Positions 1-11,700 of a stretch of 64,000 nucleotides of DNA are shown piece after piece (within the stretch, counting starts at the first letter, position 1; each line of letters starts with the position of its first letter). The notes under the pieces are model-generated. The model did no database searches, was not told where the DNA came from, and saw only the letters and a program-made list of their open reading frames with translations. Source of the stretch: Escherichia coli (GTDB lineage: Bacteria; Pseudomonadota; Gammaproteobacteria; Enterobacterales; Enterobacteriaceae); the NCBI RefSeq assembly GCF_001677475.2, contig NZ_CP015229.1; one strand, written 5' to 3'. A program made the translations under genes and the position numbers.

Positions 1-829
1 TCAGCACGCCCGCAGTATCACGCAGGGTTTCACAGGTGATGATCATCAGCGCGGTGGTTTGTTTACGCGCGACAACCTGCTCCAGCATCTCCATCAGCAA
101 GGCTTTGTTCGGCAAATCCGACACCGGGAAGCGCATCGCGTTTTCGTTCTGTTCTTCATAATGGCGCTGCAGCAATTGCTGGTTGAGGTTGTAACTGCGC
201 ACCAGCATACCGATTTCATCGTCCTGATGCAGACGTGGTAATGCCAGTTGGTGACCAACAAGCTCCTGGGCAGGGATGGCGTTAAGTTCGCGAGCAATAT
301 TGCGTAACGGATGCAAAATCAGGCGGTTAATGCACCAGCTAATCGCCACCGTCAATATTAACGACAAAAGTAAGTAAATGGTCACTAACGTTGAGAGGGT
401 GCTCATCACGAACTTATACATGCGGAAGGAATCCGCCTGTAGCACCAGATAGGCAATTGGCTGCGGATTTGCCGGACGTTCCAGCGAGTAAACGCCCAGC
501 GAGATTTGAACCGGTAGCTCAAACAGGCGAGTAACCATTACCGGCACCGGACGCTCTGGAATAAAACTTTTACGCAGCGCCTGGAACTGGTTAGGCAGCA
601 CTACATCGGCACGGCTGACCACGCCTGCCGGTTTAATGCTGGCAAGAATAGCTTCCGCTTCGGGAATATCGCCTTTCAAAATAGCTGAAGATAAGGGTTC
701 GCGGACAGAGCGAGCAATGCTTTCCAGTTGCGTAGCCGTGTTATAGCGATTCTGCTGGACCAGATGGAACAGCAAAACGGTGCAAAAAATAAAAACGAAC
801 ACCAGGACAACGGCTGCCACCATTGCCAT
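1..829 (-). CDS. pdeK: c-di-GMP phosphodiesterase PdeK (YhjK), N-terminal part; gene continues beyond the window start
   Basis: Manual minus-strand translation from ATG at 829..827 gives [15 protein letters not shown]...[20 protein letters not shown], open to position 1. It has a membrane N-terminus and HAMP-like segment as in YhjK/HmsP. Missing from the ORF track because no stop lies inside the window. An upstream TTG at 862..860 (reading [14 protein letters not shown]) could be the true start. Confidence 0.75.
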   Translation of the reverse strand, partial: MAMVAAVVLVFVFIFCTVLLFHLVQQNRYNTATQLESIARSVREPLSSAILKGDIPEAEAILASIKPAGVVSRADVVLPNQFQALRKSFIPERPVPVMVTRLFELPVQISLGVYSLERPANPQPIAYLVLQADSFRMYKFVMSTLSTLVTIYLLLSLILTVAISWCINRLILHPLRNIARELNAIPAQELVGHQLALPRLHQDDEIGMLVRSYNLNQQLLQRHYEEQNENAMRFPVSDLPNKALLMEMLEQVVARKQTTALMIITCETLRDTAGVL

Positions 830-943
830 CTGCTTGATTGTTAACGAGCGACTTACGCGCAAATTGTCTCCCCCCGGAAATCCCAGATTGCCGCCCGAGT
901 ATACCCGATCGCAGCGGCATTAAGAGAGGCGCTATCTGAAAAC

Positions 944-3900
944 TTACCAGTCGGCGTAAGGTATCAGCGGCTGCGGCGGTAAATCCATGTCACCCTGCCA
1001 TCCGGCGGCGGAATAACGTACGTAGAGCAGGAAATGGCTGGGTGCGTAATCTTTCGCCTGCTGGATATCAATTGCCGTGCCGACAAACCAGTTGGAAGTA
1101 ACACGCCGTTCAAGTAATGCCCGCGCCGTGTAGCCGAAGCCCTGACTGCTGCCGCCATCGTTGGATTGCCGCGCAGCTTCTTCCTGCCAGTCGGTCGGGA
1201 TCAGATTCATCAGCGGATAACGCGGCATGGTTTTGGTGCGTGAATGCGACCACGAGCCAGACGCCCCCAGCTCCCACGACCAGTTTTCCGTGCGCTCCCG
1301 CCACATCACCGGTATGGCAAACGACAGGTATTCCTGCGGACTGTAGTAACCGCCCTGACCGAGTGAGTAGCCACTCAGATCTTTGTCGTAATGCCAGATC
1401 ATGTTGTTCAGGCCGATTGTGACGCGGCGATTGTTCTGGTTAATGACCTTATAGTAATAGCCCGTCATCCAGCGCACGCGCCAGTTATCTTCGACATTTT
1501 TACCGGTTAACTGGTCACCGCTAAGCGATGCCCAGACGCCGTTTGCTTCACCTTTATCGTAGCTCAGGCTTAGCCCCACGCCGTCGGCACGCACGCCACC
1601 CCATTTTTTCCCGGTATTGCTCGGGGAGTCTTTTTGCCCACCAAAGGCCAGCAAAGAACTGGAGATGGGCCGACGGTGGGCGTTAACGGTGTAACCCAGC
1701 GGCCCGATATCATCGCTGTAACTGATGCCGCCGACCACATCCACCACGTTGAAGCCCATCGGCGTGGTGCCGATATCCCAGCTCCAGACGTCATTTCGCC
1801 AGCCGACCGCCACGCTGGCACCGGAGTCCGACTGGCTGCGGTTGCCACTACAGTCCTGTAATGTACAGGTGCCCCAGTTGTCATCCCATTTGCCATCGGC
1901 ATTAGTGGAGAAACTGCCGACGTTCATATTGACGAAATCACTGCGAAAGAACATCCTCCCGTCAGAATACGGAGCATCCACCTGCAACATGGTAGTGTGC
2001 GCTTTCAGATCGGAGTAACCACCGGTGCCGCTCGAACCCCAGTAATCGTGCTCGAGGGTGACGTTAAGATCCTGCTGGCGATAGAGGTCCGCCGCATCGC
2101 TGCGCACGCCGCGTTTCAGCCAGTCATCTTTCTCGTCGTTACGGGTCAGTCGGGTAAAGGTGTCGTTATCCTGCGGACGCGTCGTAGTCACACCGGATGC
2201 GACCATGGCGTCTTTGTAGGTTTCCAGCGCCTGCTTTGGATCGCCCGCCTGCGCTTCAAACTTCGCACCGTCGCGCAGCACCATCGCGCTTTCCATCGAC
2301 GGTGGCTGAGATTTTGCCTGCGGGATCAACTTATTAAACGTCTGCTGCGCCGCTGCGGTATCGCCAAGCTGCGCCTGTGCCAGCGCCACGCGCCGCTGAG
2401 TGTTCAGCGACGCGTTATCGGTGGCAGGCAGTTTCGCCAGCTGGCTACGTGCTGCCGCTTTGTCACCGGCAGCAATATCCACTTCCGTCAGACCAAGAAT
2501 GGCATCGGCGTTAGTTGGCTCCCGCATCAGGACATTCTGATATGCAGCGCGAGCGGCGGTATAATCACGTCGTTGTTGCGCCCAGTCAGCCAGCGTGAGA
2601 TCAATACGCGTGGAAGGTGGTTGCTGGCGCAGCATCGCTTCCGCTTCAGCTTCTTTGCCGCTTTCTCGCAGGCGATTAGCGGTTTCCAGCACCTGATCGC
2701 TTTGCAGTCGATTAACCAGCTCCTGAATATTGCTGTTCCACTGCGCGCGCGGCAGGCTGTTGATATGCGCCAGAGCCGCTCTGTCCTGGTCATGACCAGA
2801 GAGGTACAGCCCGTAAGCGTAAACCTGCTCCGGGTCGTTCGGCTTCTGCTGCGCCAGATGGCGCATTAACGTATCGGCCTGGCTGCGTTGTCCGGCCTGC
2901 CAGAGATCCTGCGAAAGTCGGTAAGTAATCCATACACTGCCGGGGTCCAGCGCCAGTCGCTGGCGCTGAAGTGCTGCCGCCTGCGCCCATTTCCCCTGGT
3001 TTTCCAGTGCCTCTGCCTGCTGTGCCAGACGGTCGTTTTGCAGGCTGCGTTCGATATCATCAATGCTGCGCCGCTGGCTGGCAGAGAGCGAGGCGATAAA
3101 CGCTTCAGCTTTTTCTGGCGATTGCTGGCGGTATATATTCGCCAGCCCGCGCACGGCGTTAGTGTTGCCGCTGTCCATACGCAAGGTCTGCTGATAATAA
3201 CGTTCGGCGGCGGGATAATCTTTTCGTGCCATCGCCACATCGCCCAGCCCCAGCACTGCATAACTGTCGGTGTTATCGACATTACGTGCCTGCTGGAACA
3301 GGCGTTCTGCCCGGTCAGGATTATTGGCTTTCAGCGCAGCATCGCCCTGCTGGATCGCCAGCCAGTAGCGGTTTACTTTCAGGAGACTGTTCCATTTGTC
3401 GTTGTTGCTGCTGTGCGGGTCCAGTGCGAGGGCTTTTTCCAGATTCGCCACCGCATTAGCGCGATCGCCATTCTGGGAATACGCCTGCCCCAGCGCCCCC
3501 AGAGCCTCACTGTCTTTCGGGTTCGCCCGCACCGCCTGTTGTAGTTCGGGAATGGCTTTACCCACCATACCAGAGTCCACCGCCGCTAAACCTTGCGCAC
3601 GAGCGCGGAAAGCAGGGTCGGCCAGCTGTTTTTGCTGTTCTGCCAGTTGCGATTGTGCAGCCGCCACGCTATCGCCATCGCTAAAGATCGAAAGATATTT
3701 TTTCAGCGCCGACACACTGGCATCGCTGACGGGCATGTCTTTAATCTGCCCGTACCAGATTTTAGAGGCCCCCTCGCGCCCGGCGTTCGATTTCGCCATT
3801 TGTTCCAGGACGGCAAAGCCTTCGTCACGGCGATCGCTACTAAACAGCAATAGCGCCAGATTGTTTTGCAGGCCCGTGTTGCCCGGTGCATCCGCATTGA

Positions 3901-4417
3901 TGCGTTTTAACTGATTAATCGCTTCGCCACGGCGAGCCGGAATTTTCGCCACCGTACTCCAGTACTCGACAGCAATGTCACCTTCCGGCGGCGCACCGTT
4001 GAACAGTTTGTTGTAACTCGCCACTGCTTCTTCCGCATGACCGGTCGTCGCCTGCAATCTTGCCTGTTGCAGTGCCTGACGACCATCCGGCGTGGAAAGC
4101 AGCATCGTAGTCCGCGACGATTTATACGCATTTGAACTCGGCGCTAACTGCGACAGCCGATCGAGCTGTTTTTGCGCGCCATCAATATCGCCCTGACGTA
4201 ACAGAGAACGGAAACGGGCGGCAACGACGTCCGGGTTATTCGGATCAATAAGTTCCAGCCGATATAACGACTGTTGCACCAGATCTTCACGATGGGTCGC
4301 TTCGCCTAACCGAACTTGCTCCAGCAACTGTTGCTGAGCGGTTGGTGCTGCCTCGACCATCGGCATGACGGCCAGACCGAGGGAAAGCGTGAATATGTTT
4401 AGTGTGAATTTGCGCAT
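944..4417 (-). CDS. bcsC: cellulose synthase operon protein C (TPR-repeat periplasmic / outer-membrane export subunit)
   Basis: 1157-aa ORF with many TPR-like repeats and a C-terminal beta-barrel-like region; length and position downstream of bcsZ match BcsC. Confidence 0.95.
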   Translation of the reverse strand: MRKFTLNIFTLSLGLAVMPMVEAAPTAQQQLLEQVRLGEATHREDLVQQSLYRLELIDPNNPDVVAARFRSLLRQGDIDGAQKQLDRLSQLAPSSNAYKSSRTTMLLSTPDGRQALQQARLQATTGHAEEAVASYNKLFNGAPPEGDIAVEYWSTVAKIPARRGEAINQLKRINADAPGNTGLQNNLALLLFSSDRRDEGFAVLEQMAKSNAGREGASKIWYGQIKDMPVSDASVSALKKYLSIFSDGDSVAAAQSQLAEQQKQLADPAFRARAQGLAAVDSGMVGKAIPELQQAVRANPKDSEALGALGQAYSQNGDRANAVANLEKALALDPHSSNNDKWNSLLKVNRYWLAIQQGDAALKANNPDRAERLFQQARNVDNTDSYAVLGLGDVAMARKDYPAAERYYQQTLRMDSGNTNAVRGLANIYRQQSPEKAEAFIASLSASQRRSIDDIERSLQNDRLAQQAEALENQGKWAQAAALQRQRLALDPGSVWITYRLSQDLWQAGQRSQADTLMRHLAQQKPNDPEQVYAYGLYLSGHDQDRAALAHINSLPRAQWNSNIQELVNRLQSDQVLETANRLRESGKEAEAEAMLRQQPPSTRIDLTLADWAQQRRDYTAARAAYQNVLMREPTNADAILGLTEVDIAAGDKAAARSQLAKLPATDNASLNTQRRVALAQAQLGDTAAAQQTFNKLIPQAKSQPPSMESAMVLRDGAKFEAQAGDPKQALETYKDAMVASGVTTTRPQDNDTFTRLTRNDEKDDWLKRGVRSDAADLYRQQDLNVTLEHDYWGSSGTGGYSDLKAHTTMLQVDAPYSDGRMFFRSDFVNMNVGSFSTNADGKWDDNWGTCTLQDCSGNRSQSDSGASVAVGWRNDVWSWDIGTTPMGFNVVDVVGGISYSDDIGPLGYTVNAHRRPISSSLLAFGGQKDSPSNTGKKWGGVRADGVGLSLSYDKGEANGVWASLSGDQLTGKNVEDNWRVRWMTGYYYKVINQNNRRVTIGLNNMIWHYDKDLSGYSLGQGGYYSPQEYLSFAIPVMWRERTENWSWELGASGSWSHSRTKTMPRYPLMNLIPTDWQEEAARQSNDGGSSQGFGYTARALLERRVTSNWFVGTAIDIQQAKDYAPSHFLLYVRYSAAGWQGDMDLPPQPLIPYADW

Positions 4418-5505
4418 TCCTGGCCCCAGTCAGGTAATAACTCACCTTTTGTCGAGAAGCGGAAACGGTGTTGATCCCAGCCTTGTCCAAACAGGGTCAG
4501 CACATAGTTGTAATAGGCATCGCTGCCGGGAAAGTTATCGGCCACGCGCTGGCGCTGAACGGCCTGCGCATCGCGGTTTTGTAAAAAGGGCAGCATGGCG
4601 GCAGAAAAACCGACCGGTCCTTTACCCTGCGCTTTCCCCGTAGCCACATCCACTTTTTCCGGCGGATAACCGTTTTTCTCGGTGAATGTCGCCATCGGTT
4701 TAAACCGGTTGAGCATCCGCGCTTTTTGCGGATCGCTGTCAGGCATCATGCCTACCCACATGTAAACGCGGATCGCGTCGTAGCTGCTGATCAATGTTTT
4801 TTCGGCTTTTAGCTGCCAGCCTTTGTCTTTCTCATAGCGCACCCAGTCTGGCGAAAAGCCTTTCGGGGCGGTTTCCAGCAATAAACGTTGATTGGTTTCG
4901 CGCAGCGTGGTCCACGGCGCGCCAAAGCGGGTGAAATACTGCGCCAGCGTCGGCGGCAGGTAGCTGGGGTTAAAACGCCAGCTGTTATCCTCTGCAAAAC
5001 CCACTTTGCCCGGTAACAACATGGAACCCAGCCCAGGCACCGTCACCACTTCCTCCCGCGCAATCCGTTTTAGCAACGCGCTGCCGATGTCGGTATAACG
5101 CTGCTCTTTCCACAAACGCCCCGCCTCCAGCAACGACCAGGCCATCCAGACATCACCATCGGAGGCCGAATTGCTGTCCAGCACTTCCCACTTACTGTTC
5201 TCTTTCTTGCCCCACAGCCAGGCGGGCAAACGTTCTTTTAAAGAACCCTGAGCGAGATTGTTCTGCGTCCAGTCGAGAATATTATCGAAAGCTGCACGGT
5301 CGTTAGCCGCCAGGGCAAAGAACATACCGTAACTTTGCCCTTCGGAGGTGGTGATTTTGCGCGCGTCGCTGGGGTCGATGACGCGCCCTTCCTGACTGAT
5401 GTAATCCTTTTTAAACTGCTCCCAGGCAGGCCAACTGCAGGCTGCCTGAACACTAAAGGCAGCCAACAGCAGCATCGTCACGAGTCCACTACGCAACACA
5501 TTCAT
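4399..5505 (-). CDS. bcsZ: endo-1,4-beta-glucanase (cellulase, GH8) BcsZ
   Basis: Starting at ATG 5505 gives 368 aa beginning MNVLRSG with a signal peptide; the track ORF begins two codons upstream at a TTG. Overlaps the bcsB stop and bcsC start as in the bcs operon. Confidence 0.93.
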   Translation of the reverse strand: MNVLRSGLVTMLLLAAFSVQAACSWPAWEQFKKDYISQEGRVIDPSDARKITTSEGQSYGMFFALAANDRAAFDNILDWTQNNLAQGSLKERLPAWLWGKKENSKWEVLDSNSASDGDVWMAWSLLEAGRLWKEQRYTDIGSALLKRIAREEVVTVPGLGSMLLPGKVGFAEDNSWRFNPSYLPPTLAQYFTRFGAPWTTLRETNQRLLLETAPKGFSPDWVRYEKDKGWQLKAEKTLISSYDAIRVYMWVGMMPDSDPQKARMLNRFKPMATFTEKNGYPPEKVDVATGKAQGKGPVGFSAAMLPFLQNRDAQAVQRQRVADNFPGSDAYYNYVLTLFGQGWDQHRFRFSTKGELLPDWGQECANSH

Positions 5506-5511
5506 CTTCAA

Positions 5512-7851
5512 TTACTCGTTATCCGGGTTAAGACGACGACGACTAATAATTCGCAGCAGACGCCACAGTACCCAGGCCAGCAGCACGACGCTGATTGCCG
5601 CCAGCACCGCCAGCAGAATCGGATGGTTTGCCAGCGCATACCACAAGCGCTCGAACCACGGCAGATGACCTACGTAATAAACGTCGCCAACACGTAGGCT
5701 GTTGATACCGGACTCGCGGATCACCGCGACCGAACCGAACATGGTGGCGCGTTTGCCGCTATCGTTCACCGCATCGTTAAGCATTTCATAACCGCGCGGG
5801 CTATCTGCCAGCAGCGCAATCACGCTGCGCTGGTCGTTATACGGCGACTGGAAGCCAATCACCGCTGCCATCGCACCTGAAGAGGTCAGCGTTGACTGAG
5901 TTTCTGCCGCGCGATCGCTCTCGTCCGGTACAATGCCGGGGAACGGGGTCTGGCGCATCGGCGTTTTCACCCAGCTTTCGGTCGCCTGCACCAACAGGTC
6001 GATCTGCTTGTCGTCTTTCAGTTTGTCCGGGATACCACCGACGATCATGATGTCGGCATCTTTCCCCTGAATAGTGCTGCCATCATCGGTCACCGTCAGG
6101 TTAATCGCCGGGAAGCCCGTCTGTGCGCCGATAAAACCAACAGTATTCAGCAACGTTTCCATCTGTGCTTCGTTAGGCGTTTTCGGCATCACGGTGATGG
6201 TTTGCGACAGATCCGCCATCCGGCTGAACGGGAAGCCCGCGTTAGCAAAGGCGCGTAGATCCGGCATCGGGATGAAGTGGTAATACTTCGAGAAGTCGAT
6301 GGTGGAATCGTCACCAATCACCACATGATTCTGCACCGGCTGGAAGGTAATACAGTTATCCACCGAACCGCCCGGCATCGGGTTCATATACTCAAAGTCG
6401 AAGCGCAGCTGGTTGGTCGCGCCCAGTTTCAGCGCCGGAATAGAGACATCCGTTTTGCCATCCAGCAAACCTTGTAATACCGGAATCCGCAGCAGCAGGC
6501 GGTTCGCCTCCTGTTTGCTGCTCAGGTTGAAAGATTGCAGGAACTGGTTATTCAGGCTGATATCCATCCGCGAACTGTCTTTCACCGGCGGCATGGTGTA
6601 GCGGTAATTAATATCCATATCAATGCCGGTACTGCGCATCAGGTAGAGATCCGGCGGCAGGTTTAGCGAAACGTTAATCGCTGCTGGCTCAAGACCGCTG
6701 GATTGTAACTGTTCTTCATAGGTTTTCAGTTCACCAAAGGTGACCGGACGATCGGTACGTACCCAGTTCGGCGCATCGTAAGGCTTACGCGGTAGCAGCG
6801 GTTTCACTTCATTCACTACCACGCTTTCACCACGGAACAGAATGTTACCCTGAGCGATACCTTTCGCTGCCTGCAACAGGTCTTTGTCGTCACGACCAAA
6901 CACCACCAGCAGTTTGACGTAAGGATTCTGCGGATGGTTGATCATCTCAATCACCGGGGCTTTTACCGCCGGATGATCGCGCAGGAAGTCCGGCCGTTTG
7001 TCGTTGGTTGCAAAGACAATGGCATTGCGATCCGGCAGTTGGTTATAGAGCACCGGGAAGTTCTGCCCACGCCAGCCAGAACGCGAACCAAACCACGAGG
7101 CGACAATGGCAGAGGCTTGTTGCAGCCCAACATCCGGCGCACCCGCAAAGACCATCGGCAAGGTGTTAGTACGGTTATCGCGCGGGTCAAAGAATGGCAC
7201 CGGGAAGTGTGACAGGTCATTCTTTACATTCAGGGTCTGATAGGTCAGATCCAGTCCACTGCTCCGCCCAACATCCAGCCAAAGCGTGGTGCTGGCCGGG
7301 TTTTCGCACACGTCCTGATAATGGCCGACAAACTCCAGCCGCACACGGTTGAAGTCGGTAATAAACAGTGGGTTAATGGGCATTTGCGCCAGTGTTTTTT
7401 TACCCAACTGTTCTTTGGTCACTGGCAGCACGCCCATCAGTTCATCATTGAGATAAACCTTTAACTGCGACTGGACAGGCAGTAACGATGGCGATGGCGT
7501 GTATTCGAGGTTGAGCATCGCCTTCGTCACCACTTCATCGCTGCGCATACCAAACTCAATGCTGCCGTTCGGGTTAATGCCACGTAGCACCATGCTGCCC
7601 GGCGGCGGCGCAATTTGCGCAAAGGTCAGCTTCACATCACGCGAAGGACCGTTCTGCGCCACGACTGGCGCATCAGCGCCCTGCACGCCCGGCATCACTT
7701 GCCCCACCTGCGGATTTTGTTCCGTCTGGGCGGCTACAGCTGGCTCAGCATTGATCAGTGGTTGCGTTGCTGGCGTCGCCTGCGTCATGAAAGAGGGGAA
7801 CGCACTCATCCCCATAGCCACTGCACAAATCCAGAATAGTTTTCTTTTCAT
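5512..7851 (-). CDS. bcsB: cellulose synthase regulatory / periplasmic subunit BcsB
   Basis: 779 aa from ATG at 7851 (MKRKLFWICAV, signal peptide) with a C-terminal TM anchor; sits between bcsA and bcsZ. Confidence 0.93.
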   Translation of the reverse strand: MKRKLFWICAVAMGMSAFPSFMTQATPATQPLINAEPAVAAQTEQNPQVGQVMPGVQGADAPVVAQNGPSRDVKLTFAQIAPPPGSMVLRGINPNGSIEFGMRSDEVVTKAMLNLEYTPSPSLLPVQSQLKVYLNDELMGVLPVTKEQLGKKTLAQMPINPLFITDFNRVRLEFVGHYQDVCENPASTTLWLDVGRSSGLDLTYQTLNVKNDLSHFPVPFFDPRDNRTNTLPMVFAGAPDVGLQQASAIVASWFGSRSGWRGQNFPVLYNQLPDRNAIVFATNDKRPDFLRDHPAVKAPVIEMINHPQNPYVKLLVVFGRDDKDLLQAAKGIAQGNILFRGESVVVNEVKPLLPRKPYDAPNWVRTDRPVTFGELKTYEEQLQSSGLEPAAINVSLNLPPDLYLMRSTGIDMDINYRYTMPPVKDSSRMDISLNNQFLQSFNLSSKQEANRLLLRIPVLQGLLDGKTDVSIPALKLGATNQLRFDFEYMNPMPGGSVDNCITFQPVQNHVVIGDDSTIDFSKYYHFIPMPDLRAFANAGFPFSRMADLSQTITVMPKTPNEAQMETLLNTVGFIGAQTGFPAINLTVTDDGSTIQGKDADIMIVGGIPDKLKDDKQIDLLVQATESWVKTPMRQTPFPGIVPDESDRAAETQSTLTSSGAMAAVIGFQSPYNDQRSVIALLADSPRGYEMLNDAVNDSGKRATMFGSVAVIRESGINSLRVGDVYYVGHLPWFERLWYALANHPILLAVLAAISVVLLAWVLWRLLRIISRRRLNPDNE

Positions 7852-7861
7852 CGCGTTATCA

Positions 7862-10480
7862 TCATTGTTGAGCCAGAGCCTGATCCGATGGTTGTGCCGT
7901 TTCGCTCCGCTCCGGGCGGCGCGGAATAAACGATACAACCCAGGAAACCAGAGAAGTCAGCACACGGAATATGCCCTTCACCGAAGAAGGCGCAAACTCC
8001 GCCAGATGGCGGTAGCCACGGAAGCCGAGCTTCAGAATATCCAGCAGACTTTCCAGCGGCTTATCTTCCGGGTAGCTGTCCTGCCAGAGCGCCCATGTAT
8101 CCGCACGGGCAAACGTACACTGCACAAAATCGATATGTTGCTGAGTGGTGAGCGGCATTAATTTCAGCCCAACTTCATTACCCATCACGCGCGCCACCTG
8201 GGTCGGGAAGACATATTCCTGCTGACCGCGTTTAAGCAACAGATTCACTTTCTGCCCTTCCAGAATCTGTGCCTGACCGTTGATCTTGATCCCCAAACCA
8301 CCGTCGGAGAAATCCTGAACGGTACACGAGAAGAGATGACCATCTTCGCGGGCAATTGCCGCGGGCATCGTCATCTCCACGCGGTGCGAACGACGTACCT
8401 GTTTGCTTTCTACCGATACCGCAACTGCGCCGCCAAGAACAATCAGGTTGTAGAATACCCACACCATACTGACGACCACGGTGAGCATCTCGGTTGGCGG
8501 ACCATAGAAGTAGCGCCAGATGCCTACCGCAACGCCCACCAGGTTGAGCAGAACAAGGAAGATGTAGGGCCGCGAGATCACCCAGTCGACGTACTCTTCT
8601 TCCACCAGTCCACCTTTGGCGGTGACGTTAAATTTGCCTTTGTGCGGGTTAATCAGCGCCACCAGCGTCGGTGGTGCGATATACCACGCCAGCACCGTTT
8701 CGTAGATTTCACTCCAGAAAGAGTGGCGATATTTGCCCTGGATCTTGGAGTTGGTCAGGCTAGCATGGATCATATGCGGCAGCACGAACAGGGCAATCAT
8801 CAACGCTGGCGCATAGATGATGTAGGCATGAAGCAGCAGGAACGCCAGCGGCGCAGTCAGGAAGATCAGTCGTGGAATGCCCGACAAGAAGTGGAACATG
8901 GCGTTGACGTAACATAGCCGCTGAGCAAACTTCAGCCCTTTACCGGTGAGCGGGTTATCGAGACGAAAGATTTGCACCATCCCGCGCGCCCAGCGAATAC
9001 GCTGACCAATATGCGCCGACAGACTTTCGGTCGCCAGCCCCGCCGCCTGCGGAATACGCATATATGCAGAGGTGTAGCCACGACGGTGCAGGCGCAAAGA
9101 GGTATGCGCATCTTCAGTCACAGTTTCGACAGCAATACCGCCAATTTCATCCAGCGGCTTACGGCGAATCACCGCACAGGAACCGCAGAAGAAAGTGGCG
9201 TCCCACATATCGTTGCCATCCTGCACCAGACCATAGAACAGCGTGCCTTCGTTCGGTGTTTTACGAAAACGCCCCAGGTTGCGTTCAAACGGGTCCGGTG
9301 AGAAGAAGTGGTGCGGCGTCTGCATCATCGCCAGCTGTTTTTCTTTCAGGAACCAGCCCATGGTCATTTGCAGGAACGATCGCGTTGGTACGTGGTCGCA
9401 GTCGAAAATCGACACGAACTCGCCTTTGGCATATTTCAGCGCATTGTTGATGTTGCCCGCTTTCGCATGTTCATGAGTGGTGCGGGCGATATATTTCACC
9501 CCCACGTTTTGCGCAAACTGGCGAAACTCTTCCCTGCCGCCGTCATCAAGGATCCAGATGTTCAGCTTGTCTTTCGGCCAGTCGATACCCAGCGAAGCGT
9601 AAATGGTATTTTTCACCACGTTGAGATCTTCGTTGTAAGTCGGGACAAAGATATCCACCGACGGCCACAGCGACATATCTTTCGGCAATGGCACCGGCTG
9701 ACGATTCAGCGGCCATACGACCTGGAAGTAGCCGAGCACCAGCACAATCCACGCGTACGTTTCAGCGAAGAGCAGAATAAGCCCGCACACCAGGCTGACC
9801 GGATCGTCCCAGTTCAACGTAGAGGTGTAGCGCCACCAGATATAACGGCAAGAAACGGTCAGCGACAGCACAATCAGCATCAACGCCGAGAAGCGCCCCG
9901 GCATCCGCCGTACGATCAGCGCTACACCCCACAGCAGCATCAGGAAGATAAACTGCGCCAGCGGGTTAAATGGCTGGGTGACGCAGATTAATGCCAGAAT
10001 CAGCGAGAAGGTGACGATGATACCGAGGATCAACCGCCGCGCCCCGGCACTCAAATGACCGAGTTCTTTTTTCTCATCAAGATGCTGTGTTTTATGGCTA
10101 ACGCGCTCAGGCAGCTCGTTCATCCATTGATGGTAACGTCCACGAATATTTTGCAGACCTGAAAATGCCCGCCTGCGCGGTTTCGGCGTTTCTTTGCGCG
10201 ATGCACCGATCAGTAACCAGCATGTTTGAATGAGATAACGGACCGGGTCCAGCGGACGCGGACGCGAGGCGTTGATATGCGGATACAGGTTTTTATGTTC
10301 TGCGCGAATACGCTGCCAGCGCGGGTGCTCCAGCGGAATAAAAATCCAGGCCAGGATCATCCAGAAACAGCCGAGCGTCGCGCTGAAAGCCGACGCACCG
10401 TGGCGACGATAATCGCGATAACGCCCGATAAGCCGCGCGTTGACCGGCGGGATAAGCAACCACCGGGTCAGGATACTCAT
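7862..10480 (-). CDS. bcsA: cellulose synthase catalytic subunit BcsA (GT2 with C-terminal PilZ domain)
   Basis: 872 aa from ATG 10480 (MSILTRWLLIPP); contains the glycosyltransferase family 2 region (DDG..., QRIRWARG) and a PilZ-like C-terminus. Start overlaps the bcsQ stop (ATGA). Confidence 0.95.
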   Translation of the reverse strand: MSILTRWLLIPPVNARLIGRYRDYRRHGASAFSATLGCFWMILAWIFIPLEHPRWQRIRAEHKNLYPHINASRPRPLDPVRYLIQTCWLLIGASRKETPKPRRRAFSGLQNIRGRYHQWMNELPERVSHKTQHLDEKKELGHLSAGARRLILGIIVTFSLILALICVTQPFNPLAQFIFLMLLWGVALIVRRMPGRFSALMLIVLSLTVSCRYIWWRYTSTLNWDDPVSLVCGLILLFAETYAWIVLVLGYFQVVWPLNRQPVPLPKDMSLWPSVDIFVPTYNEDLNVVKNTIYASLGIDWPKDKLNIWILDDGGREEFRQFAQNVGVKYIARTTHEHAKAGNINNALKYAKGEFVSIFDCDHVPTRSFLQMTMGWFLKEKQLAMMQTPHHFFSPDPFERNLGRFRKTPNEGTLFYGLVQDGNDMWDATFFCGSCAVIRRKPLDEIGGIAVETVTEDAHTSLRLHRRGYTSAYMRIPQAAGLATESLSAHIGQRIRWARGMVQIFRLDNPLTGKGLKFAQRLCYVNAMFHFLSGIPRLIFLTAPLAFLLLHAYIIYAPALMIALFVLPHMIHASLTNSKIQGKYRHSFWSEIYETVLAWYIAPPTLVALINPHKGKFNVTAKGGLVEEEYVDWVISRPYIFLVLLNLVGVAVGIWRYFYGPPTEMLTVVVSMVWVFYNLIVLGGAVAVSVESKQVRRSHRVEMTMPAAIAREDGHLFSCTVQDFSDGGLGIKINGQAQILEGQKVNLLLKRGQQEYVFPTQVARVMGNEVGLKLMPLTTQQHIDFVQCTFARADTWALWQDSYPEDKPLESLLDILKLGFRGYRHLAEFAPSSVKGIFRVLTSLVSWVVSFIPRRPERSETAQPSDQALAQQ

Positions 10481-11229
10481 GATGCACTCCCGACTGGCGT
10501 TTTCAGCCCGGAATAGTTCAACAGGCACCAGTTAGCCAGCGTCAGTATCTCTTCCGCCGCCAGCGCATCACTGCGATATTCACCGACTGGTTGCTTAGCC
10601 GCCAGGCATTCAGCCATCGCTTCATCACGATGAATGAGCATCGGCAGTAATCGGCGCTGGCTTTGCAACCAAAGCTGGTAAATATCGTCCTGAACCTGAC
10701 TGCCGATACGGAAGTCATTAATCAAAATATGCGCGCCATCCGGCAGCGCCTGCTGATGCAGCCGGATATGGCAGTTGGCATCCACATTGACGATTGCCAG
10801 CGAGTGATCGCACAAACTCAGCAGCTGGTGGGTTATCTGCGAGGCATCACGCGGTAAGTCGATTAAAATCCACTGGTAACGCCCGCTGGCTTTTAGTTGC
10901 TGTAAGCCGGAGCAAATATCGCTCAGCCGGGTTTGCCAGTGCTGTGGATTTTCTTGTTCTTCAATGGATAACTGACCAAAAGGCAGCAAATCGAGCTGCG
11001 AGGTATAGCGCAACCCAGCGTCACGCCAGTCCTGGCCATCCAGCATAGCTCTGGCCCAGCCCTGACGGTGGGTAAAATCAACGTTAAATGACAGGCGCAA
11101 CAAGTTGTCCGGGCAGGCATCGACCACCAGGACATTTTCTCCCAACATTTGTAATGACCAGGCTAATGCGGCGGTGATGGTTGTTGTCCCCACGCCTCCC
11201 CGCACCCCCTGCAATCCCAGTACGGCCAT
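10477..11229 (-). CDS. bcsQ: BcsQ (YhjQ), ParA/MinD-like ATPase of the cellulose secretion system; intact reading frame
   Basis: 250-aa ORF MAVLGLQGVRGGVGTTT with a deviant Walker A motif. No premature stop, unlike the K-12 allele as I recall it. Confidence 0.9.
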   Translation of the reverse strand: MAVLGLQGVRGGVGTTTITAALAWSLQMLGENVLVVDACPDNLLRLSFNVDFTHRQGWARAMLDGQDWRDAGLRYTSQLDLLPFGQLSIEEQENPQHWQTRLSDICSGLQQLKASGRYQWILIDLPRDASQITHQLLSLCDHSLAIVNVDANCHIRLHQQALPDGAHILINDFRIGSQVQDDIYQLWLQSQRRLLPMLIHRDEAMAECLAAKQPVGEYRSDALAAEEILTLANWCLLNYSGLKTPVGSAS

Positions 11230-11240
11230 TCACCAATCCC

Positions 11241-11429
11241 CTACTTTTGTTGCGCAAACTCTGCCAGCAACGGCCAGCGTTTTAATGCCGCGGCCAACTG
11301 TTCGCGTTGGGAAATATCGGCATAATCAATATCAGGCAGTGAAAATGCCTGCTTTAACGCCAAAATATCATTCTGGAAGATATAGCCTATCGCGGGATCA
11401 GGCAGAGTATCTGGTTCATTGTTATTCAT
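11241..11429 (-). CDS. bcsR: BcsR (YhjR), small cellulose-synthesis regulatory protein
   Basis: 62 aa from ATG 11429 (MNNNEPDTLPDPAIGY...AEFAQQK), immediately upstream of bcsQ. Confidence 0.8.
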   Translation of the reverse strand: MNNNEPDTLPDPAIGYIFQNDILALKQAFSLPDIDYADISQREQLAAALKRWPLLAEFAQQK

Positions 11430-11471
11430 TTGCTTGATCCCTATGAAATAACCGTACCGTTCATGAGACAA

Positions 11472-11700
11472 TTCTAACCGTGAGCATTTCGCCGGTTTAT
11501 TGTTTACGGCGAGACGGGAATTTGCTCACTTTTTGACTTTCCGTTACGCAACAAAAAAAGTTAAAAACGAAAAGACTAAAATCACACGTCTTGTGACCTG
11601 CTAAATTGATTCACATGCTAAATCTGATAAGTTTTAATTTCAATGGTAGGTTTATTTCTTAGCTTTCGCTAGTAAACTGATAATCAGACAAAATGATGAC
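11472..11700. promoter_or_regulatory. divergent bcsRQABZC / bcsEFG promoter region
   Basis: 229-bp AT-rich intergenic region between divergently oriented bcsR and bcsE. No individual promoter elements mapped. Confidence 0.5.

Noticed and set aside
1997-2869. 290-aa plus-strand ORF inside bcsC, and similar long ORFs antisense to bcsA (8336..8917, 9308..9991), bisC (36070..37005), glyS/glyQ (42648..43628, 43743..44867), dppB and dppC
   Set aside because: All lie entirely antisense within long, well-supported genes and have Arg/Gln/His-rich low-complexity composition typical of shadow ORFs in GC-rich coding DNA; no independent start context.
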